A DNA stretch of 64,000 bases from Tubiluchus corallicola (GCA_030141605.1 JAQGDQ010000025.1:230907-294906), one strand, 5' to 3'; numbered from the stretch's first letter, positions 1-14,600 are shown. Notes: generated from the sequence alone by a model not told the origin. Program-made: numbers and translations.

Positions 1-379
1 GGAGGCAAATGTCGTGGGTAGCGCACCATTTGCCATTACCTATGACGAAATTTTAAATTTTAAACAGTACAAAAATTCATGACTTTATCATTCAGTGCCA
101 AAACATTCAAAAAATACATCAGATTCATCAACAGCTTTTAGTTATAATCAATGGTTTGTTACTTTCATTTTAACCAATTTTAGTGCCATCTAAGAGGTTA
201 AATTTAGGAGGTTAGGTCCGTTTCCCAGAATTTTTTTTCACAGAAAAACAATTTTTCCCAGAAAATAATTCCTAGAAAACTCGTTTCACAGAAAAAAACA
301 TTTCCCAGAAAGAATTTTTAACAGAAAAAACAGTCACATCTTTAATTGCTAAATCTGTCATTTTAGTAACTTCTCGATT

Positions 380-730
380 TCTCTTTGCTTCTGCCACTTT
401 ACCTTCTTTCCCTCCGTACCTACTCTCATCCTCTCTCTTTCTCTAAATCCTTATCTGTCTCCCCATCTTCCTTTCTCTCTCTTTCTACCCTTACTTTCAT
501 TCTCTTTTTCTCCTTGTTTCTCTCACTTTTGTCTTCCCCTACAATCTCTGTCTCCCTTCCTCTTCTTTGTCTCTTCCTCCTCCTCTTTCTTCCTCTTCAT
601 TTCTTCACTCCTCGCTCTCACCCCTCTTGTTCCTTCCCTTTCTCTTTCCCTCTCTCTCTCTTCCTCCCAGTCTAGCACTCTCTCCACATTCTCTCTACAT
701 CGCCACTCCCTCTCGTTACCCTCTTTCAGC
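380..730. repeat. CT-rich low-complexity (polypyrimidine) tract
   Basis: Almost purely C/T; explains the L/S/F/P ORFs at 385-776. Confidence 0.85.
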
Positions 731-1628
731 TTTTTTATTTATCTGCAGTGCTCTAACTAATGACTATCAGAAATGAAAATCATTTCAAACAACTTAATGC
801 TTAAGGGGAAACCTTGTATTTTTAATTTTGTTTTACAAAAATATTTTGTTTTCAAACTTCTTTGTCACAATTTTAAGTTGTTTTTAGGATGAAATTGGTT
901 GCTCAAAGTAATTTGCACCGTAAATATGATTGCTGCATGTAATAACTTCAAATACAAGTGAATTTCACAGGATTTAGAAAAGGGTCTAATAAATAATATA
1001 GAAAAAGAAAACACCAAGGCTTTCAGATTTGTGAATATCTTGTGGTCTAGAAAAGCCCAACAAATTTGCAATTTTTTTACAGGTTCCTTTATGGCACTAC
1101 CGCATCCTAGTTAATTGGCAAGATAATCCAGTAAGATGTCGTCAAACTCGCAGAGATGTTGACCACAGTCACATCTGGATGCATGTATATCTTCCTAGAC
1201 ACAGAGAAACAAACGAAATAATTCCAAGTCACAGTAAAAGAAACTGCGTTGCCAAGTCAGGCATTGCCAAACTTTGGTAGCCAAGCACACATCAATCACT
1301 CACTAATCATATCTTGCCTCACTATTCTTGACAAAAATCAGTTGCAGCTAATCTGAACATGGTCATTGTTTTCTTATATTAATTTTTATGTTTTCTTTTT
1401 ACTTCTTTCCTTCTGTTTTCTTTCTATTAAATGTAATACAGCTCTTCTTTATTCTCCTCTTCTGTCATCATGTTCATTCTTTATTTCAAACAAGACCCCC
1501 TTTATAGCTACCATGCAGCAAACTTCATTACTTTTATATAGTAGGGTGGCTGACGCGCGCCATTTTCTGGCATATTTCGGTTATCAGTTTTCAAACAATA
1601 TGAAAGTAAATTAAAAATCAAATTAGTA

Positions 1629-2515
1629 CAGTTAAACTGCTGTTATCGGTCTTTTATAGTATGCTTAGGGAGTCAAAAATTACTTTTTCTTGTTGTTTTT
1701 TTCAACTATATAAAAAAGTTGTAAATGCATCAGTTGTATTACTGTAGTATGCTTTGAAAAATCAGTAGATTAACAAGATGAAACGCTTAATGCGTTCACT
1801 AAAAGATGAAAAGATTTGATATGCAATTTAATACTTTCACTTCTAAGCCGCCAACAACTACAAATCACAAATCTCTGCCTTTTCTGACAAAAGCAGCAAT
1901 CAGCAAGACCAGCTCTAAGCTGCGGAGCATTAGAATTCTCGCTTTGTTAGCGGCCATTCGCAACGACCACATGCTTGGATACTCTTGATCCGCTTCACAA
2001 AGTCGGCTACAGCGGTTAGTCGGTTACATAGCGGCCTATCTACCGTTTCTTCAGTCCTTGTTTTATCTAGCCTTTTGTTTTTTCCTTTTGATTTACCTCT
2101 ACGTTGACACCATTTTTCTTTCATAGCTGCATCACTTCCGGTATGCACTCATTTAATTCAATCAATTTATGGAGATGATCACTATAGAAGTAATTTGTGG
2201 TTGTTGTTGATTCTCCCAATATTTCTGTACCCTTCTTGCATGATAATAACGCTCAGTGTGTCCCTCTTCATTATAACGGGGGTGGAGGGGGGCGCATATC
2301 TAATTTAAAATTATTTCCATAATTTGCTTTTATTGCAATCGTATTAAGTTTCCCAGGCGAGCACTGAATGACAAGCAAACAAACATCAACAAATGTTGTC
2401 GGTTTGCAAGATCAATTGTATGAACTCACTTGTAAATCACACTACATAAATCATTCACTTTGTTGTGACTCGTTTTCAGTTTCTTCTTCCTTGATTACAA
2501 TTACAGTTTTAACTG
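1629..2515. mobile_element. Possible decayed Tc1/mariner-type MITE
   Basis: TA|CAGTTAAACTG ... CAGTTTTAACTG|TA: imperfect inverted termini only. Confidence 0.35.
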
Positions 2516-5500
2516 TAATGGAGGCAAACTTTTCTGTAAGAGCTTATTTTTAGTTCTTACGACATTGATTACTACATAATCATAATTATGATACAGTACA
2601 TAATTACAGTACTTAAGTCATTTAGAAAATAGTATTGCGTTGTTTGGCTCGTCACCAGGTAAGGGACAAGTACAAAACTCTTATACGGAAATAATAACTG
2701 TAATTTCTAATAAACGGGAAAACAGAATGCGAATTACAGGAATCAAAATTCAGAAGTAATATTATAGATTGTCTCTCCATAATTTCCATAACAGATCATA
2801 GAGTCCAATGAACTGCCAGACATTATGTCTAGGGCATTCACAATGTTGCTCTCACACCTACAAGGCATTTGCAAATCACTTAGACAGAAGAAAATCATTT
2901 TCCCCATTATTGTCCTTATGGTACCTTTAAAATGGTAGACCAGATAAAGTCTATAATATGCACTGGGGAAACAGGCATGTATCACCCAGGACTTCTTCAT
3001 AATGCTAGTGCAAACTTTATGCATTGCAGGACTCTGTAGACTGTTAACTTGTAATTAATAGATCTACTGGGCAGCACAGAGATCTGCATACAGGTACACT
3101 TGAGAATATAATATTAATTGGCAGTGCAAACTACACAAAGAATGTTATTATCATCTAACTAAACTGCTCAATATGCTAGTTGCAAAAACATGGTCAAGAT
3201 AAATGGTGATAAATTTTGTACTCACAAAGAATTTTAAAACTAATGTGTGACATCTTTCAATGTCTATTCAAAGTTAATTACGTGGCAGGAATCTGAATTG
3301 ATGATGTTACAAGTGAATGCATGTTCGGAAATCTTCCCAACTCAATTCGAAATAAAATTCAGTTCGATTCGAATTTGAAAATCGCAAATTCGGTTCGAAT
3401 TCGCTTTCTGGTATAGAATGCTCACCACTAACCATTTACCCACACCAGTGGAGAGGGTTACGAATAATCACAATCATCTGTGTTCCTGTTTGGTTTGTGT
3501 CACAACAAAGGCATAAAATTTATACATTATTGGAGTCGACGACGCTTTTCTTCTTCCAGTAAGATGGTGAGTGAAAGTAGCCTGTTACTGTGCCATCAAT
3601 GCGCATATCTATGGTTACGCACCTATCATAAATATTAAAGTAGTAGATAGGCGGCAAAGCACGTAATGCGTGCGCATTGCACGCATGCTCTCCTTCTGAT
3701 TGTTCTTTTACAGCATGCGCACTCTGCTGTGTACAGTTATCATAGTGCTTTGTTCGCCATTTTTGGTGTGTGTTAGTGTTTAATAGTTATTCTTTTTTTC
3801 TCTTAGTAGAAAAGATTGTTGTATCTTCTTTTAGTAGATAGTGTCGAAGACCATTCTTATTGACAGTTACGTACTAGACATACCTGGCCGCCTTAAAATT
3901 GACATAATAGACATAGACATTTTTATTTATCTCCTCATTTACACCTGTATACAAATTGACAATTATTTTTTTAGTTATTGATTAAAAAGGATAAATTAAG
4001 CATAATGGAAAGAATTAAGGGGGGTGCAGGAGAAAGGGTAGCGAAAGACCAATTGGTCATCGAGTCAGCTACCCTTCTCAGGTTAGTGAAAATTGTAAAA
4101 AATTTGTGGTGCTGCTGTTAACATGAATTTATGGGGGGATACATTAAACACGAAAGCGAAATAACTAAGTAAGCTATGCAACAAAGAAATAAAATGAAAA
4201 ATATGAAATGATGATTAACAAATTATGTAAAGCATTTAACTAACCGATTAAAACAAAAAACTAGAAAAAAGTCAAACCAAAAAAAGTATAAATAATATTA
4301 ATAAATCAGTGAAAGAAACAAAATATGTATAATAAACTCAAACGAAATATAATGAAGCACAGATATGCAATCGTGTCAAATTAAGCGTAATGATAAAATA
4401 CTATGGAATGCAAGAACTAGTGCAGAAATATGGAGCAAACAAAATATGTAGTGAAATTTGAGTATGTGACTAAATAGACTATATGGCTCAAAAAATATAA
4501 TAAAAACTTAATGATAACTGTGAAACAATGAGCAAAATAATCATAATAAAGTGAATATATATGAAGTGAGAAAAGCATAATATGGAAGTAAAAACATAAA
4601 TGGAGTAGGCACAGCTATAAAAAAGTATGAGAAAAACTGTTGTAGTTGCTTGATTTGTTTGAAGATTATTGTTTACCTTCCCTTTTCATAGTTGCGAAGA
4701 AATAATAACAATTTTACACTTTGATGAGAAGATGTACTATCGTAATATAATTACAGTTAATAGATTAGCTCAAGGGTAATACTTTAACACTAACAGGGAA
4801 GATTTATCAGATTTGATCTTAGCAGAAAAGTCACACATGGTAATTAGAAATATTTTGCTCATTATCGCTGTTTACTGTCTACTTCGAGTAAATATTTAAG
4901 GTCAATAGTCAAAAGTCAATATCTAAAGGCTGTAAAGTTTCAAGTTAACAATTATGCATATCTGCATAGTGGAGAATCCTTTATTCTTAATCGCCGGACT
5001 TCGTTATGTTATGTTGCATGCCTCAATTTTTAAGCTGTATATCTTCAATATTAAATAAATAATAAGTAGTATACCACATTCAAGTAAAATCCTTAAATTT
5101 AGGTTGCATTTAAGCTTCCAAAATATACTCTATATAATGAGTAATATACCACTTTCAAGAAGATTTAAATTCTTAAATTTAGCTTGCATGTAAGCTTCCA
5201 AAAAATACTCATCAGCGAGTGGGCCTACCTCACACACCCCTACCTGAATTGTGGAATCTCACTTATTTCATTCTCTGCTCCTTTGCAGAATGATTGAGTA
5301 TTCTGTTTCAGAAAGCAAATTGAACGCGAATCAAAATGAATTTCAATATGCATGTGGTTTGTTTAGTGTCATTAATTTTAAGTAACTTGTACATCGGGTG
5401 CGGGCCAGTTCGACAGGGGATTTTTTGTTTCAGTTGCTCATTATTTAGTTTCCTTTCAGTTACCTGGTCATAACAGAACTAGGTAAGCTGTAAGCCTGAA

Positions 5501-5612
5501 TTATCTAATCAGCGTGGGTTGAGGGATCCTGCTTATTGTGTTAACCAGGCAAAATTTGTTTTCTTTCTTAATCTGTTAATTCTCTTGTTTAGCAATTGAC
5601 GTCATCTCTACA

Positions 5613-8600
5613 ATGTCTGCTACAGCTGCTGACTGGGAAAAGTTGAGTATTGGTGTGGTTAGGGCGGAGTGCAAGAATAGAGGTCTAGCAACAACGGGCA
5701 AGAAAGCAGAAATGGTGGACCGTCTCGTTAAAGACGATTTAGGTAATTAATCATTGTTAAATTGTATGTGTGCCTGCAGAAAAGAGAAAGCTGCAAGAAT
5801 GGCTGAGAACAGGGCAGTAGTGAACCTGAAGTTCTGGACTTCTGGTCAATTTGATTACTTTGGAGTTGCGTAAAATCCATTAAGATCCCAACAACAATAT
5901 CCAGACACTGCATTTATACATTTATCTTTGTTATAAATTGAAATCCTAAGTTCACTATGTTGATTTTCCGACTATATTAGCTGAGTTCTTGAAAAAACAT
6001 CTTAAATAAAATATTGTGCAACTTTCCTAAGAATTTTCTCTGCTGGGACCTTTTGCAAGAATGTATCCCTGAGGCATGAAAAGAAAATGTCTGCATCTAG
6101 GAAAATTTGTGTTTTTTCCCATAAAACATTGTAAGCATGCTTAATAAGCACTTTGTGCCAGCGTGAACCAGAAGCTATGTGGTACAGTTACTGCACTGTG
6201 CGCTCATTGTCAATGTACTCAACGGTAAACCACATTACTGAATGATTGAAGCAAAAGGATGTGTTGTTGTTGAGGTAAATTTTATGAGTTTTTAAATATG
6301 AAAATTTTGTTTACTATTTGTAATTTGCTAGACGTAAAGTGTTACTTGCGCCACTTGTTTCCTTCTCTTGAAATTTTGTGACTTTTGTACGATTTCTTTA
6401 GGTATTGTACTGTATTAAATGACAATTAATTTCAATAATTCTTTGTTTGTTTAATGACATTTTTGTGCTTCAGAGAAAAGTCAGGAGATCGTTACTTCTG
6501 ATAAAGAAGAAGATGAAGAAGATGCTCCAGAATCTGAGGAACAGGTACGTGTGTTACAGTAACATTCAGAAGTTTATAAGTCTACTTCCACTGTCAAGTG
6601 TATTCATTTGCAGGGATGTATCACTAGTAGTGGTATGTCTTGTGCTATAACAGCAGTATATGTTCGTTTTTTTTATTAGAACGGTGTAGGTGAAGAAGAT
6701 GATAAACATGACAAAGAAGATGAAAAAACAAGTGAGAGAAAAGCTGATGTAAGGAAACACATGGGAGATGATGATGACATAATGGAGTTTGGCGATGGAG
6801 GTGATGACATGCGGATGATCGATGAGGTTTTAGCAGAATGCGGAGATGATGGTGATTTAGACGACGATCTTGCGCTGATGGACGACGAAGAAAACGAAAA
6901 TGCCAAAGACGAGGAAACGAAGGAAGAAGAAGAAGCAAAAGAAGACGATGGTGATAAAGACCAAGAGAGCCACGACAATGAGGAAAGTGGAGAAGTTATT
7001 AAAACCGAAGATGATGCTGAAAAGAGTGAAGTGCACGAGGAGGCAGGCGATGAACATGGGGAAGATAGCAAAGAAGCATCAGAAGGTGCTGCCGCAAAGG
7101 AAGAAAGTGATGTAAAGGATGATATTGTGCCTGACGTCACTAAAGCTATAACCGAGGAAGGCCAGGATGATAAAGATGAGTATGAAATAGGTACGTTGTT
7201 TGATCAGTAGTGTTCCTTAAATTATTTTAATTATTTGCTTGATAAGTTGGTCAGCAGAAAGTGTGAAAATAGTCTAAGCACTAAGATAAAAAACTCATTT
7301 TTAAATTTACATTGAATGTTTTTTTCAGTTCCAATTGATCCAAAGCACAGGGTTCTGATAAAGAATATTATAACTAATGACTTGAAAAGTCCAACATTCC
7401 TGGATGCTTTAGATGACGCTACTGAATTCACCATGTGTTTCAAACGAGACCAAAGTAATAAACCAAGGACATACATTCAGCACAAAACATTTGGGTAATT
7501 TGTCATAAATGCCATTCAATAATCAGTCATTTTTTGGAGCTTCGTCCTTTAGTAATAATGACCGTACAGTTGTGATGTTGTTTTGTTTTTTGTGTTTTCA
7601 GAATGATCGATTTGATTTATCCTTCTTCAAGTCGAGCTGATGCAGTTGTTTCAAGATTCAAGCGCATCAGATTTGGTTCAAAACATGATTTGCAGATTGT
7701 CTATCCTGCTGATCCTGAGCAAAAATGTAAGTTTTAATGTTTTCTCCATTGGGCAGCTGTATGAAAATCACCGTGCGAAATTTCAGCAAACGTTTATGTA
7801 GATTAGAGAAATTCAGTAACTATGGATGCAGTTTTATTTTTAAATCTAATTCATGCTAATGAGTTGTACTAACATTGTCACCAATTAGAATTATTAGCAG
7901 TATTATCTTAAAAAATGTGACATAAAAATGCTTTTAATGAGTCTGTGATATTACTGTTATTATTACTGTTGTTGTTGCTGTTGTTGTTGTTGTCATCATC
8001 GTCTATTTATTTATTTTTAGATGATTTCAACTTGCCATGGGAAGTTAAGCAGAAGAAGCCTAAGCCAGGTCTGTAATCTTATAATGTATGTGTGTTACTT
8101 GTATGTCAGCCTCCCTTTTAAGGAAATCCTAAAATACCACCTTTTTGATGTACATGTGGCTTTCGTATCTCGTTACAGCTGACTTTCACTTCTAGTGCCA
8201 AAATCCTGGCCAAATTTGCAAACTTTGTCGCTAGTAAAACTTTGTAAAAGCCCTCTTTTGTTGTTATCTTTTTCTAGATTTTGATATCATTACTAGGCTT
8301 CTGTCTGAAAATGGGCCAAAGTCACTTTCTTACCTGCATATAGTACTTCAGTTCATCAGATGTATTGTTTAATGAATGGCTTATAATATCCCTCAGCCAT
8401 GGTCTTAATTTTTATTACTAGCAATCCCATACGAACTATCTTTGCTTGTATTTTAGTCGCTGATGAAATGCAAGATTTTGTTACTGTTAGATATTTGCAA
8501 CAAGTAATGCTTACCATAATTCCACTGACTGATATCAGCTGGAACTGCTGCTAAAATCTGTTGCATCTATCTGACGCACTGTGCTTCGTTTGCATATAAA

Positions 8601-11600
8601 GACAATGGAAAACTTAGTACTATACATTTCCCAGCATTGTGAGCAGTATGTACCTTGGGTCGACACTGTTTCTGTCGCATCTCTTCACAGGACGTGTACA
8701 ATTTCGCAAGCGGAGTCGATTTCTAAAATCGCGAAAGGAATCTGGCAGTCGAGAGGCTGCTGCTTTTGAAACTTTTCCTACGTGAAATATAATCTAACCA
8801 ATTCTGTTTGTTTCGCAAGCTTCTAGGATCTTTTTATCTCATACTAAAAACTTTGGATTGCCTGTTTTGTCTCCAGCACCCATTCCGGATACCCAGAAGT
8901 TGGTCGTTACAAACTTACCTAAATCTACGTCGGAAGAAATGCTCAAGTCAATGTTCAGCGAGGCTAGCAGCGTTTTTCGACAACCTCGAGATGAGAGCAA
9001 GGAGTGTACTGGGTAAACAACAAGTGCTATTAATATCTTACTTCCACACATATGAAATAATCATCCTTTGATTGACCTGCAACATTAAACTACACACTTC
9101 TACCAACACTTATCAAGCTACCATATCAACATCTTACAAATTACTTGTCATTACCTTTTATGTTCATGTTCCTGTTATTTGAAATAGAACTTTAGTTTAG
9201 CCAATTTTGTTCTTCAACGTGGTTAGCAGCACTGTGATTTGCCTAGTTAATTTTTTTATGATTATTGTCATTCTTATGCAAGGTGAAGGTAAGTAAAAGC
9301 TGCTTGTAATCACCGTTACTGGTGGTTTGTTTCTGAGATTCAAAAACTAATACATAGGTAAATAGACCTTTTTTAATATTCGTTTTAGTGCAGACTTTAG
9401 CAAAATCTAGTACATTTCTGACCTTACCATCAAAAATATTAATGTTTTTCCTACAAATGTTCACAAGTTTTACTGTTTGATCACCTGAATTACTAGTAAT
9501 ATTAGCGCTTAGAATATTGCATTAGCTTGCATGTTGTGGCAGTCTGCCGAAAGTACACATTAGAGTGATGCTGTTCACAATTTACTAATGAAAGATTGGC
9601 GAGTTTTTTATAAAACATACGATGTTTGCTATAGATTGGCTGTGTTAGTATTCGAGAGTGCAAAAGCCACAGAAGAAGCACGGAACAAATACCATGGATT
9701 CAGCATTGATGATGGTGACAAAACTCATCAATTGAAAGTATTCTCTCCCTTGGGACACAGTAAGTACTAGGAAATAAATGTTTCGTTGTTCGACATTGTC
9801 TCCGTGTACAAGGTACTTGAAGGTATTGTGGCACTTGATTACAACTTGCCTAATTTTTCAATAAAATTTTAAGGGCAAAAATATGCATTTTGGCTGTTTG
9901 AGGATTAAAACTAGACAGTCACAAAAATTACCCTTGCTAACAGTTCTTTTCCTAAAAATATCTGTAACCATTAGCTGCTGTGCTTGATTTTTGCAAGCAC
10001 AATAACATAGAACATTACCACAATTAACTTGAGAGTCAGTAGGTCACTGTGCTCAAAAGTCAAGATTGATCTTCAAATCAAGAGCAAATTTTAACCAGTA
10101 ATCCTTATGAAATGAGTTAGAAAACTGTTTTGGAAAATGTTTTTTATCAATCTAAATTCGATCTATTACTTTGGTAAAAGCAGCACATAGTTCCATTTTA
10201 GGCATTTTTGTCTATTTTTAGCAAAGGTTGTGCCTCTGGCTTTAAGAGATCTTTGTGAATGTGGCATGTCAATAGTCTTTGGATATTCCTTTCTGTAATA
10301 GACTTATGTAGACTTTATGGAGGAGCGCTATCCACATGATTTTTTTTTCAAAACTTTCCTAGAATACCATCTGCAAAAAAATTTTTATGCCTTTTTGGTG
10401 AGAGTTTAGGAGAAAGCTAGTTTTTCGTAGCTTTTTGGGAAGAGAAATAACTAACTTACTAGGCACTGTGATTTTCTTCCTCCACCAATGAGATGATCCA
10501 AATCCCCATTTGCAGCTAGAAAACTATAAAGCACATAGGTCATTGTTATTACCTTATTACCTTGCGTTCAGCATGAAGAGTAATATTAATAAGACTCTGT
10601 ATGGAATATCCATACATTTGTGGATACAGATATTTCAATTTAGTTCTGATTATGCATAAAGTTTTGCTATTTTAAATTAGTCTTACCATTTTGTGAAAGT
10701 TAAATCTGTGCCTAGACTTTAGTTTTGTTTTTGTTAAATGTTAAGACACTTTGAAAGATTGTATACAAGACCTTATAAAATTTCAATGTTCCAAAAATCT
10801 GATTAAATTATTATTGTCTTGTGATGAGTAACATTCAGTTTTATTGCTTCAATGAGTATATATTTTTTCATTTCAGCATATAATGTTTTATATAACGTGT
10901 TTAGGGTGTTACCGCACAAAGTTGGCTGCTTTAAAGTTGAAGCAGATTATTGCAACTTACAAAAAAGCTGAGAAAGAAGTGCCTGAAAGTGTGACACAAA
11001 AATTACAGAAATGTCAGCAGGTTCACAAGGCTTTACTAAAACAAATGCAGGATCAACAAAAGGTATAAATTTAAATAATTCTCATTTGTGGAGCAGACTG
11101 CTTGAAGGGAGAAAACCAAGTTTTGAAATACTTAAGATATTCCTGACATAGGAACCAGGTTTGTTGCCAAAGTAAGAAATCGGTTGGATAGCAATCTTTC
11201 TTTTAATTATTCCTAGTTATAGCTCGCTTTACGATTTTTATGGCAGTGCTTTGTCATTGCACTACTAATGCGCAAATGAAATGTGATGATTGTTGTCTGT
11301 CTGCAAAAATTAATTTTAAAAACTAGTGTTGTGATTCGGCAAATAAGCAATTTAGCGGAAACTTGAATAAACAAAGTGTAATAAATGTTCGTTTATAACT
11401 GCTTTACTTGTGTTCAATAATTACAGCTGCAATAATAATATAATTTAACCCAATGTAAAGTAATTAGCTCAATTTGTTTTGCGTATAGAAATAAATACCT
11501 TATCTCTTATCTTTTGTGACAGGTTTTGCACATTCCAGCATTTCATCCAAATTCATTTAATCTGATAATCCGAAGTTAACCAACCTGTTCCATTTTATGC

Positions 11601-14600
11601 ATTGCATTGCAATTTTCAAGCTGTTAAATCCTGTTCTTTTACTGTGTTTTGTACATGTTAATTTTCATTGCGTTGTTTTTAATACTACAGAAACAAGCTG
11701 AAGCAAGCAAATCCAAATCTGACAGATCTTCAAGCAAAGATCGCAGACGGGTAAGACTGCTATGACAGTGTGTTAGAACCAGGGATGTTACCTAAACTGA
11801 AATTACAAACCGAAACCTAAATTTATGAAACATAGGAAACTGATACCGAAAGCGAAACCAAACTGAAATAACTACTGTTAGAACTGTTTAAAAAACGAAA
11901 ATTCTAAAATAAGTAAAAATTTTGTTTTCTGTTTGTTTGCTTTTATTTGGCGTGATGCAAAGTTTCTGATAAAAATTTCTAATACAAAAGGGACAAGAAC
12001 ATTTCATAGTACAGAACCTCAAGCATGATGGAGTGGCTCTCCTTAGAAAATGTGTTATGTTTTTGAATTTAAGTACCCTTGTTTATTTTTAAAGATCATA
12101 ATGCTTCATTAAAAATAGCGCATTATTTTTATTGCCTATATTGCATGATTTATAAATTATGAATTATAAACATTAAACATGATTTTGCTCAAGTAAATTC
12201 AAAAATGGGTACTCAATTTAGTTTTAGGTTCTCAATTTAAAAGTGGTTTTAAATTGAGAACCTAAAACTTCACAGTCACTGAAGAGGCATCGCACTGCCT
12301 GTAAAGAGCATGTCACAAACTGTTATTTAAACGAAATTTGCGCTTTATTTGAACTAATTTGGCCAAGATTTTTCAGTGGTTTTTGACATCTAGGAAAAAG
12401 GAAAGGGTAAATTGGATAAATACTATTAAAACCGGAAAAAATATGAACGGAAATTATCCGAAATTTCGGCTACGATATTTTATTTAATAAATTTTGTCGA
12501 AACTGAAACTTAACCGAAAGTGCAATTATCGGCAAACCAAAACGAAAATTTTGTTCCAGTAACATCCCTGATTAGAACATTAATCTCCACCAGTGAAGTG
12601 AAGTGCCAACAGGCAAGCACAAAAATTCACATTTTTTTTATTTTAGAAAATACTGATGCAGATTTTTGCGGTAATAAATAATACTATTGTAAGATTAGTC
12701 ATTTTAGTTACGTATGTGTTTTATTTTCAGGAACGTAGCAGAGACAGATCTAGATCTAGACGTTCTCCAATTCGTGATCGTGGTTCTCGTCGACCCCTGG
12801 TGCGTGATGACAGACGTCCCAGGGGTGGCGGTTACAGAGGTGTGTGCTAAGCAGTTTGTTATTGTAAAGTTGTGAAACATAGTAAAAGTATTTTTATATG
12901 GAAAGTTGTTCATTTTTTCTACGTTTAGTGATTTTATTATGATATAATCCATTTATAATGAGGGCAGTTATATCAAACCTCTGGCTATTATTTGAAAGCC
13001 ATGCCATTTAAATATTTAAATAATATATGTAAACCTTGCTTAGTGAGTTGGGATATTGCAAGTTTTTACTTACTGGGAGGCAATTTATCCACCCTGTAAT
13101 TTTTACTAGCCGGGCATATAATGAACACGAATTCTAGAAAGTGCTTGCAGCAAGTACTGTTTCTTCAAAACTGGTTCAAAATGTCATCAAGTATCGTTCT
13201 TTACATCGTGTTACTTGCCCAAAGGTTAAACAACCCTTGAGTATTAATTTGTTGTGCATAATTAAAGTGCCATGGAGAGCCTTTTCAATAAATACAGAGA
13301 TTTTGTATTAACTAGCATATAGGTAGACTGACAGTAGATTTAGTTATCAGGTTACGTAGGCCCATGTTGGAATGCCTCCTAATCATAGATTATGCTGCAT
13401 CTGTAAAGCTATTTAAATAAAACCAAATAAATCATATTTTCTGCCGGTGCAGAGCTACTACAACTAGGGTCTCGCGCAGGCGTTTAACTAATGCAGTGAT
13501 GCAAGTAGCGTCCAGATCAAGCAGTTTGCAGGTGGTTTTTATAGAGTGCCTTTTTCCTGGCCTTCATTTCTGTGTTATACAAACACATAAATAATTGATT
13601 TTGTTATACTGAGGCTGATCTATGGCAAGCAAATTTTGGTGGTCTCCTGAAACGTTGTCACAAGTGGATTATTTTGTAGTTGGAAACAGTTTCAAGTTTC
13701 GATTATTTAGCTTACTGTGCTATTTCTTTTTGATTATTTAACTTACTGTGCTATTTAGTAATTGCATTTGACTTTTTCTTTGTACTTGTCTTTGATTTTT
13801 CTTTTACTTGCATAGTATCATCTGTATGTTATCATCACAGCACGTACAGCTTGTCTACAAAATTTTGTATTTTCAGGTTCCTATGATCAACGACAAGGTC
13901 GCATGCAAAATCCACCAAGTCTTCTCAGGTAATCATTCGTATTTTGTCCTATACCTGACACTGTTCAAGCTCAGCGTGACATAAAATATCTCTGATGCTA
14001 TAAAGCTTTCATTGAAAATGCTGTGGTCCAGTTAACCCTCTAATCAACAGACTAAAGAGGGAAAGGTAGTCTATTGAAGCTGATTCTTTATTGATTCAAA
14101 AGTTTTTTTCCCACAGTGTAAAACATCAGTTCGCAACCTTTCCTTTTAAGAAGACTGTTTGAGCATTGATTTGTTTGTAATCCAAATCCCATGGAAAGTA
14201 ATTTAGTTTAATCCGTTCCAGGTTATACATTTTACATCACATGTTAAGTTTCTGCGCTCGCTCTTCATAATGAAACCTTTTACTAACTCGCATTGTGATG
14301 AATAATTTACCCTACTGATGCTATCAGTGATCAGTCCACCATGATTTATTGGCAGCACTTTTCGAGACAGAAATAAAATTGGTCTGACAAATTTCTCTCA
14401 TGTTATTAGTACATGTTTGCTGGGTAATTGCTACATTCACTTCATTTGTACTAACATATTTCACGCAGTGTGGATGATATTAAGGCATGGGCATCTTTTA
14501 ACACACAGGTACTTGAGTGGTATGTGGGATAATTTGTGACAGGAATGTCTTACAAAGACACAGAAAGGCTATAATTTTTTGTGAAAATGGTCTTCCTTTA

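Noticed and set aside
1090-3085. Possible minus-strand exons (~1110-1193 and ~2743-3082) after acceptor-like sites
   Set aside because: Multiple stops, no recognisable protein motif, and no consistent phase-compatible model.
6566-7140. Antisense Ser-rich/His-rich ORFs
   Set aside because: Shadow frames of the acidic exon of paralogue A; the same applies to 38137-38367 for paralogue B.
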